Of a DNA stretch of 32,000 nt, positions 1-8,736 are shown in pieces. Under the pieces are notes generated by a model that was not told the origin of the DNA, ran no database searches, and saw only the letters and a list, made by a program, of their open reading frames with translations. The translations under genes and the position numbers were made by a program. How positions within the stretch are numbered: the stretch's first letter is position 1; the number at the start of each line of letters is the position of its first letter. This stretch comes from Akkermansia muciniphila ATCC BAA-835 (GTDB taxonomy: Bacteria > Verrucomicrobiota > Verrucomicrobiia > Verrucomicrobiales > Akkermansiaceae): positions 150,001 through 182,000 of the forward strand of contig NC_010655.1 in NCBI RefSeq assembly GCF_000020225.1. The letters are read 5' to 3'.

Positions 1-1
1 G

Positions 2-958
2 GACCAGCTCAAACTCATGTGGAGCCACGGACACAACCAGGCTATTATCAATGGGATCGGACGCATCGGGTTCATGAAGGGCGGCAGAAGCGCCTTGTGG
101 AAGGATGAGGAAAACGCCGATATCATTACGGATAAGGCCATTGAATACATTCAAAAAAGCGCCAAAGCCAAGGAACCGTTTTTCCTGATGTTCGCCACGC
201 ATGACATCCACGTGCCGCGCTGCCCGGAAAAACGCTTTGTGGGCAAGAGCCGGCACGGCGTGCGCGGTGACGTGACCGTGGAACTGGATGACTGTGTGCG
301 CCGCATTACAGAGGCTCTGCAACAGGCCGGTCTGGAAAAAGACGCCCTGGTGATCTTCTCCAGCGACAACGGTCCCGTGCTGGATGACGGCTACAGGGAT
401 TTCGCCGTCCGGGACAACGCCACCCATTCCCCCGCCGGCCCCTTCCGCGCAGGCAAATACAGCATTCTGGAAGGAGGTTCCCGCATTCCGTTTATCGTCA
501 AATGGCCCGGCGTGATCAAACCCGGAACCACGAGCAAAGCCCTGCTCAATCAAATGGATTTGGGGGCCTCCCTGGAACAGCTGCTGGCCCCCGGCAAGGC
601 CAATTCCTTCCGCGACTCTGAAAACGTGATGCCCGCCCTTCTGGGCAAATCCGCCAAGGGGCGTGACTACCATGTCATCAACAGCACCGGCAAGGCATTG
701 GCGATTCGCCACGGCAAATGGAAATTCATTCCCGCCGGCGTGGCCATTCGCGACGGCATCAACGGAGCCTCCGCAAAAATGAGCAAGTCCCCGGAAGGAG
801 GAAGCCTCTTTGACCTGGAAAAAGACCCGAAGGAACTTGACAACGTAGCCTCCCAGCATCCGGACATTTGCGAACAGATGAAAGCCAAGCTTGAGGAAAT
901 CCGCCAGAGGCCCGAAACCAAGGCTGACCAGGAGGACCTGCTTCCCTTGGACGACTAA
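2..958 (+). CDS. Type I sulfatase (arylsulfatase family), C-terminal ~313 aa; the 5' end lies outside the window
   Basis: The reading frame is open to the window edge. Sulfatase-like motifs are FFLMFATHDIHVPR, FSSDNGP and RAGKYSILEGGSRIPFIVKWPG. The N-terminal C/S-x-P-x-R formylglycine motif would lie upstream of the window. Confidence 0.85.
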   Translation, partial: DQLKLMWSHGHNQAIINGIGRIGFMKGGRSALWKDEENADIITDKAIEYIQKSAKAKEPFFLMFATHDIHVPRCPEKRFVGKSRHGVRGDVTVELDDCVRRITEALQQAGLEKDALVIFSSDNGPVLDDGYRDFAVRDNATHSPAGPFRAGKYSILEGGSRIPFIVKWPGVIKPGTTSKALLNQMDLGASLEQLLAPGKANSFRDSENVMPALLGKSAKGRDYHVINSTGKALAIRHGKWKFIPAGVAIRDGINGASAKMSKSPEGGSLFDLEKDPKELDNVASQHPDICEQMKAKLEEIRQRPETKADQEDLLPLDD

Positions 959-977
959 CATCCATTCGGGCCAGATC

Positions 978-1466
978 ATGAGAGAATCCGCCACATGCTC
1001 CCAATGCGGCCACGGGTACACCTACCCGGCCGGACTGGACGCCAAAACCGGCATGCGCTGCCCGGCGTGCGGCCTTCTGATTCACGTTACAACGGGGCTT
1101 CCCTTCGGGGAAGCCTCCTCTTCGCCATCCGGCCGCAAACCGGAAAACGCCATGAAAACGCACCCCGCCCTGCCTCCCGTCAGAAAAAAGCGGACGTCTT
1201 TCTCCGGACGCGATACTGACGAACGCGGCATCCGGCAGGAAAACCTGCCGCAGCGGCCAGCCGCAGCATCCGGCCGCCGGATTCCCGCTACATCATGGCT
1301 GGCATGGGGGCTGTCCCTGATCGCGTTGATTCTGGCCTTTATTTTCCCCTCCTACGGAAACGGTTCCACAGATCCGCTGTACATGCTTCAGTGCCTGCCC
1401 TCCATGGTATTCGGCTGCACTGCGGCCATCCTTTTCATCCAGGGCCTGGCGGCTATGCGCCGCTAA
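978..1466 (+). CDS. Hypothetical zinc-ribbon membrane protein (162 aa)
   Basis: I chose the ATG at 978, internal to ORF 891..1466, just after the sulfatase stop. It has CxxC-(17)-CxxC (CSQCGHGYTYPAGLDAKTGMRCPACG), a basic/Pro-rich linker and two C-terminal hydrophobic helices (WLAWGLSLIALILAFIF, MVFGCTAAILFIQGLAAM). Confidence 0.55.
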   Translation: MRESATCSQCGHGYTYPAGLDAKTGMRCPACGLLIHVTTGLPFGEASSSPSGRKPENAMKTHPALPPVRKKRTSFSGRDTDERGIRQENLPQRPAAASGRRIPATSWLAWGLSLIALILAFIFPSYGNGSTDPLYMLQCLPSMVFGCTAAILFIQGLAAMRR

Positions 1467-1619
1467 AAAACAAAGCCTGCGGCCCCATCCGGGGCCCATG
1501 CGGCAGCCCCGCCCCAAAAACGGCCGGAATGCCTGGTTTCCATGCCCCTTTCCGCGGAACCGGGCTTTTAGGCTTGCCTGTCAAATGAACAGATTTTAAG
1601 TTACGTCCCGGTAAACGTT

Positions 1620-2870
1620 ATGGAACGGGAGGCAGAGGCGAAGGACAACCTGTGGAGGGCCAGACTGGATGCCGTCCTGATGCACAGGATATGGGGTTCC
1701 CTTATTTTCCTGGGCATCGTTTATATTATTTTCTTCCTGAGCTTCGCTATCGGGGATCCTCTGGTCAGGCTCATCCAGACGGGTACCCAGCTGTTCAGCG
1801 TCTGGGCCTGCCGCATGCTGGAACCGTGGCCCCGCCTTCAATCCCTGCTGGGGGAAGGCGTGGTAGGAGGCGTGGGCGGCGTACTGGCCTTTCTGCCCAA
1901 CGTGGTTCTCCTCTTCGGGGCCATTACCGTTCTGGAAAACAGCGGATACATGATGAGGGTTTCCCGCCTGATGAGCCGCATCATGAAAATCATGGGGTTG
2001 AACGGCAGCAGCTTTGCCCCCCTCCTGCTGGGATTCGGCTGTTCGGTTCCCGCCATCCTGTCCACCAGGAGAATTGAAACGCGCAGCGACCGCCTGGTCA
2101 CCATCGCCGTGCTGCCCATGATGAGCTGTGCGGGCCGCCTGCCGATCTACATGATGTTCGTCTCCGCCCTGTTTCCCTCCCGCCTGCAGGCCCCCGTGCT
2201 GTTCGGGATTTATGCCAGCGGCGTCCTGCTGGCGCTGTGCTGCGCCCGGCTTCTGAAAAACACGCTTTTCAAGGCGCCCCAGAGGGATTCCCTCCACCAC
2301 ATGAAGCGCCTGCGCCTCCCCTCCCTGCGGAAGGTGGGCATCCTGATGTGGTCACGGGCCTTCATGTACGTCCGGAAAGCAGGCACTTTCATTCTTGGGG
2401 CCTCCATCATCCTGTGGTTTCTGAACACCTACCCCAGGCCGGAAGAAAACACGGCGCCGACAAACGCAGCGGCCATGGAACATTCCTACGCCGGACAAAT
2501 AGGCCATTGGATGGAACCCGTCACGCAAGTGGCCGGATTTGACTGGAAAATCAATTCCGCCCTGGTAGGAGCCTTTGCCGCCAAGGAAATTTTCGTCACC
2601 CAGATGGGTATCCTTTATGCGGTGGAAGACGGAAATTCGGTCCCGGCTGCCCAGCAGACATTGAACGCCCGCCTTAAAGCCAGCTACACCCCTCTCCAGG
2701 GCATCAGCATCATGATATTCTGCCTGATTGCCCTGCCCTGCATCGGCACCGTCACCGTCGCCAAGAGGGAAGCGGGCACCTGGTGGTTCGCTCTGGCTCA
2801 ATTCGGCGGATTGACCCTCCTGGGTTTTGCAACGGCTACGCTGATCTACCAGGCAGGGCTCCTTCTGTAA
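1620..2870 (+). CDS. feoB: FeoB-like ferrous iron transporter, membrane (Gate/FeoB_C) portion only; no GTPase domain
   Basis: The 416-aa ORF matches FeoB membrane-domain signatures: LDAVLMHRIWGSLIFLGIVY, VLAFLPNVVLLFGAITVLENSGYMMRVSRLMSRIMKIMGLNGSSFAPLLLGFGCSVPAILSTR, and LPMMSCAGRLPIYMMF. An in-frame TAG at 1569 prevents any N-terminal extension, so no G1-G5 GTPase motifs can be encoded. Confidence 0.85.
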   Translation: MEREAEAKDNLWRARLDAVLMHRIWGSLIFLGIVYIIFFLSFAIGDPLVRLIQTGTQLFSVWACRMLEPWPRLQSLLGEGVVGGVGGVLAFLPNVVLLFGAITVLENSGYMMRVSRLMSRIMKIMGLNGSSFAPLLLGFGCSVPAILSTRRIETRSDRLVTIAVLPMMSCAGRLPIYMMFVSALFPSRLQAPVLFGIYASGVLLALCCARLLKNTLFKAPQRDSLHHMKRLRLPSLRKVGILMWSRAFMYVRKAGTFILGASIILWFLNTYPRPEENTAPTNAAAMEHSYAGQIGHWMEPVTQVAGFDWKINSALVGAFAAKEIFVTQMGILYAVEDGNSVPAAQQTLNARLKASYTPLQGISIMIFCLIALPCIGTVTVAKREAGTWWFALAQFGGLTLLGFATATLIYQAGLLL

Positions 2871-3199
2871 GGGCCAGCCATAAAGAAACCGGAAGCAGGG
2901 AATACCCCCCGGAGGAAGAAAAAATGAACCTCGTGGAAAAAGAGGCATTTACGATGAACTTCCGCAAGTTCTCCTGCTCTACGGTCAAGTTATCACAACC
3001 TCGCCATCATCCGGCCACGAAAGCCGCAGCATAACACCATGCATGGCCGTGCAAGCCTCCCCTCCGCAACAATCCGGAATCAGTATGCATCGGCTGAAGC
3101 CTTTCCTGTTTTTTTCAAGCCGCCCGGGTATCCTTTTCCGTTTGCAGAGGGGGGGAACAACCTGCGGCAAAAAAAGATCATGCAGCCATTTCCGGAAAA

Positions 3200-4495
3200 T
3201 CAATGCCCTTTTGACAGGGAGTAATCAAAAAAGGGGCACCAATTATCCATTCGGTAATCTTTGCCCTGGATATGGGCCTTAACCTCATCTCCCTGGGAAT
3301 CCCTCAGACAGCCCCGCGCCCCCGTCCGCGGACCGGAAAGACGGTGCTCATTAATCGTCATCCCATAGCGTAGACGCCCTTTCCCCGGGTCCTTCTCCGT
3401 CAACAGCTGTACCGCATTCTTCCCCACCAGCCGGACAGACTTGATGGCAATATCCTCTCCCTCAGCCCCCACAAGGGAAAAACCATAATTGCCAGGATCG
3501 TCAACCGTCTTCGTGTCCAGAACCAAAGGGGGGCAGGGAGCATAAAATGCCACTTCCACCGTCCAACCCTTTCCGGACTTCCTGATTTTATGGGTCAGGG
3601 GATGCACGGGTTTCCAGTCCGCCCCATCCAACAGGACTTTCTTCATGACATAGCCCACATACTCCCCATAAAGGCGGGACATGGGCGCCGTCAAATGGAC
3701 TCCGTCGCTATACTCGAAATGATACATCGGGGTCGTCATCACATACCGGCTGTCCTTCTCCAAAGCCATCTCCAGCTGTTCCAGGGCAATAGCCGGATAA
3801 TCCGTAGGATTAAACTGATAATAATTCAAATGGGAACCAACCTGATAGCCGAAACAGACCACATCGTTTTTCTGCCCGGTCACGGCCCTGGCGTCATGAT
3901 TTATGTCCCTGATCAGCTTTTCCATTTTTTCCCGGTACCATTCCCTCGTCTTTCTGTCCTGGTGATCCGTCTCTCCCTGGGTCCAGATAAACGCAGGCAT
4001 GGAAAGGGTCTTCCCTTCCCGGTCAGCCAGTATTTTGGCGGCCTTCAAATCATCCAAAATGCGGTTGTAGGCTCCAGTTCCCCTGCCCAGGGAACCAAGG
4101 CTCGCCCCACCCACTCCCGTCGCAGAACAAATCAACCGGATACGGGAAGCCGTAACGGGAGAATAATGCTGCATCAGGCGGAACAAACGACAGGCAGCCC
4201 CGGATACGGGAGTTTCGCCGCGCGGACCGTTCACTCCTTCCTCCAGAGGAACCAGCATCTTGCGGTCACTGCCGTTCTCATACGCTCTCACCCCTCCCCT
4301 GAACATATACAAGCCCCCTTCCTCCTGCTTTTCCGTTACAACGGGCTTAGCCGTCCAGCCCACAGAAAGGGATTGACCGTAAGAAGTTAAATAATTCCAA
4401 TCCGCCCACTCTGTTTTCCGGGAAGCACAGATGGATGCGGAAGCCGCCGCAGCCATGTGGAAAGCAAGCAAAATCAAGGTAACAGGAATATTCAT
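3200..4495 (-). CDS. SASA/DUF303-like carbohydrate O-acetylesterase (SGNH-related), secreted
   Basis: I chose the ATG at 4495 (MNIPVTLILLAFHMAAAASASICA signal peptide) inside ORF 3200..4567. Motifs are SYGQSLSVGW (GQSN-like nucleophile block), FIWTQGETDH (WxQGE block) and YSDGVHLT (DxxH block), as in sialate O-acetylesterase-like proteins. Confidence 0.75.
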   Translation of the reverse strand: MNIPVTLILLAFHMAAAASASICASRKTEWADWNYLTSYGQSLSVGWTAKPVVTEKQEEGGLYMFRGGVRAYENGSDRKMLVPLEEGVNGPRGETPVSGAACRLFRLMQHYSPVTASRIRLICSATGVGGASLGSLGRGTGAYNRILDDLKAAKILADREGKTLSMPAFIWTQGETDHQDRKTREWYREKMEKLIRDINHDARAVTGQKNDVVCFGYQVGSHLNYYQFNPTDYPAIALEQLEMALEKDSRYVMTTPMYHFEYSDGVHLTAPMSRLYGEYVGYVMKKVLLDGADWKPVHPLTHKIRKSGKGWTVEVAFYAPCPPLVLDTKTVDDPGNYGFSLVGAEGEDIAIKSVRLVGKNAVQLLTEKDPGKGRLRYGMTINEHRLSGPRTGARGCLRDSQGDEVKAHIQGKDYRMDNWCPFFDYSLSKGH

Positions 4496-4750
4496 CAGAT
4501 AATTCAACGGACTCTGTCCGTGAACATACGTTAGCCGTTCCCTCTTTTTATCAATTCCTGAACACAAAGCTGTCCATCCATTGCTGCAGTACCATTACGC
4601 CAGGAAATACGGAATTGCCGTTCCAGCCGGGTCCACGCCATGTTTCGGTACCATGCCGTACCGGCAGGAAAACGCATTCAATATACCAACGGGATTTTTT
4701 ATCCTCCAAAAGAAAGGCGGCAGAAACATTCTCCGTATTGAATAAACAAC

Positions 4751-5500
4751 ATGAACCATTTCCCGTCTATCAACGCCATATCCGCCTCCATCTGCCTTCT
4801 GGGATGCGGACTCGCCCTGCCTGTTTTCTCCCAACAGCCGGAAAAAGGAAAACCCGATGCCGCCCACATTTCCAAAACAAAAGCTGACTGGTGGAGCCAG
4901 AGGCACGCCCTGTTAAAGCAGACCCTGGCGGAAACACCATGCCAACTGCTGTTTATCGGCGATTCCATCACCCACCGCTGGGAAACCGACGGCAAAAAAA
5001 TATGGTCTCAATATTTTTCCCCCTATGCTCCTGTCAATTTCGGCATAGGAGGTGACAGGACGGAACATGTATTGTGGCGCATTGACGATTCTGCCCTTAA
5101 AACGCCTCATTCCCCCCAAGTATGCGTTATCATGGTGGGCACCAATAACACAGGGCAATACAAAGGCAGGCAGACCCCGCAGGAAACGGCGGAGGGTATC
5201 CGGGAAATAGCTTCCCGGGTCCATCGGCTCCACCCCGCCACTGAAATCATTCTTCTGCACATCTTTCCCCGGGGGAAAACGGCGGAAGACCCCCTGCGCA
5301 TCCAAAATGAAATGATCAACAGGGAGCTGGACAAAACAAATATGCCGAGAGTCCATGTCGTCAACATTAATTCCGCATTCCTGGACAAGGACGGCACTTT
5401 CCTGCCGGGAATTACCGGGGACCTCGTCCACCTTACAGAAAAAGGCTACCGTCTCTGGGCGGACGCACTGCTGCCGGAAATCAAAAAATACATGAAGTAA
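4751..5500 (+). CDS. GDSL/SGNH hydrolase (PAF-acetylhydrolase-like esterase), exported
   Basis: All four SGNH blocks are present: LLFIGDSITHRW (I), NFGIGGDRTEHVLWR (II), VIMVGTNN (III) and GDLVHLTEKGY (V). The N-terminus is hydrophobic, with a possible lipobox LLGC or signal peptidase I site VFS|QQ. Confidence 0.88.
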   Translation: MNHFPSINAISASICLLGCGLALPVFSQQPEKGKPDAAHISKTKADWWSQRHALLKQTLAETPCQLLFIGDSITHRWETDGKKIWSQYFSPYAPVNFGIGGDRTEHVLWRIDDSALKTPHSPQVCVIMVGTNNTGQYKGRQTPQETAEGIREIASRVHRLHPATEIILLHIFPRGKTAEDPLRIQNEMINRELDKTNMPRVHVVNINSAFLDKDGTFLPGITGDLVHLTEKGYRLWADALLPEIKKYMK

Positions 5501-5597
5501 GTCCGCTACCCCCTTCCGCCCGGCTCGACGGCCAATTCGGCCTCATCTGCGCAGAAGCGGCCAGCCAATCATGGTTGTCACTCCCGCACATAAAAAA

Positions 5598-5626
5598 CCG
5601 GAGGGATTATTTTCCCTCCGGTTTTC
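5598..5626. terminator. Bidirectional intrinsic terminator between convergent genes
   Basis: ccggaggg(a) 5598-5606 pairs with (t)ccctccgg 5613-5621. It is flanked by aaaaaa upstream and tttt downstream, so it gives a U-tract on either strand. It lies between the stops at 5500 (+) and 5648 (-). Confidence 0.7.
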
Positions 5627-5647
5627 GGATACGGCCGTTAAAACCGT

Positions 5648-7957
5648 TTAGATTGTCTTAATCACGGAAGAGTCGTCATCATCCCTGTCCTCGGCAGAAG
5701 CGGCCTTCCTGGTGGGAACAGGCGTCTTCCTGACCTTTTCCAGAGCCTTGTCCACCGCCGCAATCACCTTGTCTTCCCCGGTCTTCTGACTGGACAACTC
5801 ATTATAAATCTTTTCCTTGGCCTCATAATCGGCCTTGGCTGCCGCATCGCCGGGATTGGCCTTGAACTTGTCCTCCGCCTTGAACAAGGCCTCCTCCGCA
5901 GCCTGGAACTTTGGTTCCACCGCGTTTCTCTGGTCTTCCGCAGTCTGCTTGATGCGGCCCAGCAGGCGAATCACATACGGGCGGTTGCTGAGTCTCTTGA
6001 ATGCGGAAACCAGAAACTGGCGGCGTTCGCTGGTTTTGGCATCCGCAATAAGGGGGTCAAACAACTTGAGCGTGGCGTTGTCATCCCGGTCACGGTCCAC
6101 GGAGAGTACGCGGAGAATCGAATCATGGGCCTGGGAACGCACGCGTTCATGCAGGGATTCGTCTTTCCAGGCCTTGAACAGGTACGGAACGGCGTCATCC
6201 GTATTCCAGTCCCCCCAGGCGGTAATGATGGCAAGCGCCTTTTTGGTATCCTCCTTATAGCTCTTTTCCATCATGTCCAGCACCTTGGGATCACCGGTGC
6301 GGGCCAGCAGCTTGTAGAGCATTTTGATGTTTTCCTCCGGCATATCTTTCTGATACTGGAGCAGTTTGGAGGAAAGCGCCTTGCGCTTGGCTGGAGGAGC
6401 TTCGTCAATCAGGTAGCGCGCCGTACGGAAAGCGGAGGAAATCAAATCCGGGGAAGCATCCTTCTTCTGGAGGATCTTCATCACGTCGTCAAGGTCGTCC
6501 AGCTTCATGGCAAAACGCATGTACTTGAGCACCACGGCCTGCTTGTCCTGGATCTTCTTATTCTTGCTTTCGCTGATGGAAGCGTACAGGTCTTTCAGCA
6601 TGTCGCGCATGGCGGGGCTGGAAGACTTGGCCAAAAGGGTCACCATCATGGAATATTTTTCCTTACTGTACCTGCCGACATTTTTTTTCATGTCTTCCAC
6701 CACCTGGCGGGCAATGTTGTCATCCATCTGGGCCATGATGGAAACCAGGTGGGCGGCGCCGGGCCAGTTTTCCCTGTTGCCCTTGACTCCCCTCACATTG
6801 GCGAGCAGCAGAGCGGCATCCTCCGCGTCGGGAACGACTTTCACATCCGGGACACGGCTGAGATTCTTGGAGTCAAACAGACGGCTGCGGCCCAGTTTCC
6901 CGCCTTCCACGACCAGCGCATTCAAGCGGGCGTTCTCACCTTCCACCTTTTCTTTCTTGCTGTTGGTGCTCCATGCATAAATCCCTACGCCGGCAGCGAT
7001 GACAACCAAAGCGCATACCCCATAAATAACACCCCGCAGCAGGGATTTGGATTTATCCACGGAAGCGGCCATATCCCGGGCGGATTCCGTTCCGGCGGGA
7101 GGCTGAATACCGCCGTCGCCCGCCGGAGGAGCGCCAGCGGCAGGGGAAACTCCCTCGGCGACCACAGGCTGGGGAACCGCAGCGGGAGCCACGGAAGAAG
7201 CTGGTGCTGCCCCCACGGGGGATTTTAATACTTTCAGCTTGGGAACGGCGCTTTCCGGAGCGGCGACCGGGGATTTTTCCGCCGCAGCGGGAGCCGCGGC
7301 CGTCTTGAAAACTTTCAATTTGGGAGCCCCCCCCGCAGGAGCAGGCTCCGGAACAGACGGTTCCGGGGTCTGCACAGCCGCAGGCGCTACCCCTGCGGCC
7401 TGGGCCAGAGCAGCGGCCTGAGCCTCCGCCAGGGCTTTCTGGGCCTCCGCTACCTTGGCAAGGGCATCCTGAATCTGGGCGTCCACGGAAGGCTCGGGCT
7501 GCGGAGCGGAAGCGGCTTCCTTTTTCTCCAGCTCCGCCGCAAGGCGCGCTCTTTCCTCTTCGGCAGCTACACGGGCGGCCTCCTTTTCTGCGGCAATGCG
7601 CGCGGCTTCGGCAGCCTCCTGCTCCGCCTTGATTCTTGCGGCTTCCTGCTCGGCAGCTATTCTCGCCGCCTCCTTTTCGGCAGCAATACGGGCGGCTTCC
7701 TGCTCGGCAGCCGCTTTTTCCGCAGCAATCCTGTCCGCTTCCGCCTGTTCCGCTGCGCGGCGGGCGGCTTCCTCCTGCTCCTGAGCCAGCTTGGCCTGCA
7801 ACTCAGGAGTGAGAAAACGCGGCTTGACAACCTCCACGCCTTCCGCGGCGGGAGAAACAAACTTTACCTTGGGTGCGGCCGCAGGGGCTGCCGTTACCAA
7901 ACGGCGTCGCAATTTGGGAGGTTCCGGCGAAGAAGGGGTTCCTGTCTGATCGGTCAT
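5648..7957 (-). CDS. Ala/Glu-repeat, single-pass membrane protein with C-terminal HEAT/ARM-like helical-repeat domain (769 aa)
   Basis: Starts at ATG 7957. Residues ~60-145 are TolA-like EAARIAAE(K/Q) 9-aa repeats. An Ala/Pro-rich region follows, then a TM helix (GVIYGVCALVVIAAGVGIYAW, ~309-329), then ~430 aa of K/E/L-rich helical repeats. I recognise no enzymatic motif. Confidence 0.8.
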   Translation of the reverse strand: MTDQTGTPSSPEPPKLRRRLVTAAPAAAPKVKFVSPAAEGVEVVKPRFLTPELQAKLAQEQEEAARRAAEQAEADRIAAEKAAAEQEAARIAAEKEAARIAAEQEAARIKAEQEAAEAARIAAEKEAARVAAEEERARLAAELEKKEAASAPQPEPSVDAQIQDALAKVAEAQKALAEAQAAALAQAAGVAPAAVQTPEPSVPEPAPAGGAPKLKVFKTAAAPAAAEKSPVAAPESAVPKLKVLKSPVGAAPASSVAPAAVPQPVVAEGVSPAAGAPPAGDGGIQPPAGTESARDMAASVDKSKSLLRGVIYGVCALVVIAAGVGIYAWSTNSKKEKVEGENARLNALVVEGGKLGRSRLFDSKNLSRVPDVKVVPDAEDAALLLANVRGVKGNRENWPGAAHLVSIMAQMDDNIARQVVEDMKKNVGRYSKEKYSMMVTLLAKSSSPAMRDMLKDLYASISESKNKKIQDKQAVVLKYMRFAMKLDDLDDVMKILQKKDASPDLISSAFRTARYLIDEAPPAKRKALSSKLLQYQKDMPEENIKMLYKLLARTGDPKVLDMMEKSYKEDTKKALAIITAWGDWNTDDAVPYLFKAWKDESLHERVRSQAHDSILRVLSVDRDRDDNATLKLFDPLIADAKTSERRQFLVSAFKRLSNRPYVIRLLGRIKQTAEDQRNAVEPKFQAAEEALFKAEDKFKANPGDAAAKADYEAKEKIYNELSSQKTGEDKVIAAVDKALEKVRKTPVPTRKAASAEDRDDDDSSVIKTI
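7523..7780 (-). repeat. In-frame imperfect ~27-nt tandem repeat encoding the EAARIAAE(K/Q) units
   Basis: Recurring gcggcttcctgctcggcagc / gcctccttttcggcagcaat units on the + strand correspond to residues ~60-145 of the 769-aa protein. Confidence 0.7.
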
Positions 7958-8279
7958 CGTGATAAAATGGCTGGGAAATTGGAGTGATTTTATACGATTC
8001 CGCGGCCCCCTGCAACCTCAAAATACCGTCTGGAAAACGGGCGGGGAACAGCCGCCGTGCGTGGTTCAACAGGCAGATTGCGAAAAAAGGCTTCACCCGG
8101 GATATAACATGGAAAAGCGTTTAAATATCCCGCGTATTCTCCCGCAAAATCATAAAAAACACAATATGTTAACAACAACAATCATGAATAAAGTAAAGCG
8201 CCCGTAATAGAACTTCAAGAATACGTACCAGTCATTTAAGAATCCTCTTAAAAAATGTTATAACACATATACTTTTTTC

Positions 8280-8308
8280 TTGCCAGACCAAGGATGATTA
8301 GTTAAATA
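8280..8308 (+). promoter_or_regulatory. Putative sigma70-type promoter for the HTH gene
   Basis: TTGCCA (8280-8285), 17-nt spacer, TAAATA (8303-8308). It sits inside a markedly AT-rich ~190-bp tract, ~20 nt upstream of the ATG at 8329. Confidence 0.3.
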
Positions 8309-8328
8309 AATAACCACTCGTCAACATC

Positions 8329-8709
8329 ATGAATTCCAACGACAGTACCAAAAATAAGAGGCGCTACACGCCTGAAGAAAAACAATCCGTTCTTGATTTC
8401 ATTGCTGAACGGAAAACCCAAAACAAAAGGGGTGCCCAGAAAGAAGCCGCCGAACGCTTCGGCATCAGCACGGTGACCATCTCAAGCTGGATGAAGGCAT
8501 CCAAGGCCAAGCGCGGCCGCAAGCCCGGCACCAAAAATACAACTGCTCCCAAAACACAGCCTCTCGCAGCCGCCCAACCCGCCGACCTGCGCCGCCTGGC
8601 GGCCGTTCTGGAAGAAATCGCCGACCTTGAAGCCCAGACAGCCAAACTCGACGCCCTGCGCGCTGAAGCGGAGGAACTCAAGAACAGGCTGACTGCCAAG
8701 CAGGCCTGA
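8329..8709 (+). CDS. Small DNA-binding protein: IS3-OrfA-like helix-turn-helix plus C-terminal coiled coil (126 aa)
   Basis: RRYTPEEKQSVLDFI...AAERFGISTVTISSWMK resembles the HTH_Tnp_1 / IS3 OrfA N-terminus. It also has a basic KAKRGRKPGTK stretch and a heptad-like C-terminus (LAAVLEEIADLEAQTAKLDALRAEAEELKNRL). No transposase catalytic ORF follows. Confidence 0.75.
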   Translation: MNSNDSTKNKRRYTPEEKQSVLDFIAERKTQNKRGAQKEAAERFGISTVTISSWMKASKAKRGRKPGTKNTTAPKTQPLAAAQPADLRRLAAVLEEIADLEAQTAKLDALRAEAEELKNRLTAKQA

Positions 8710-8736
8710 TTGCTTTTATTCCTTCCTTTTCCGGAA

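Noticed and set aside
1477-1506. GC-rich hairpin (ggcccc-atcc-ggggcc) after the zinc-ribbon gene as a terminator
   Set aside because: The stem is short and no U-tract follows it. It is too weak to call.
7523-7780. A regularly spaced GC-rich repeat that might suggest a CRISPR-like array
   Set aside because: The period is ~27 nt with no unique spacers. It is in frame within a long ORF and encodes EAARIAAE(K/Q) units, so it is a coding tandem repeat.
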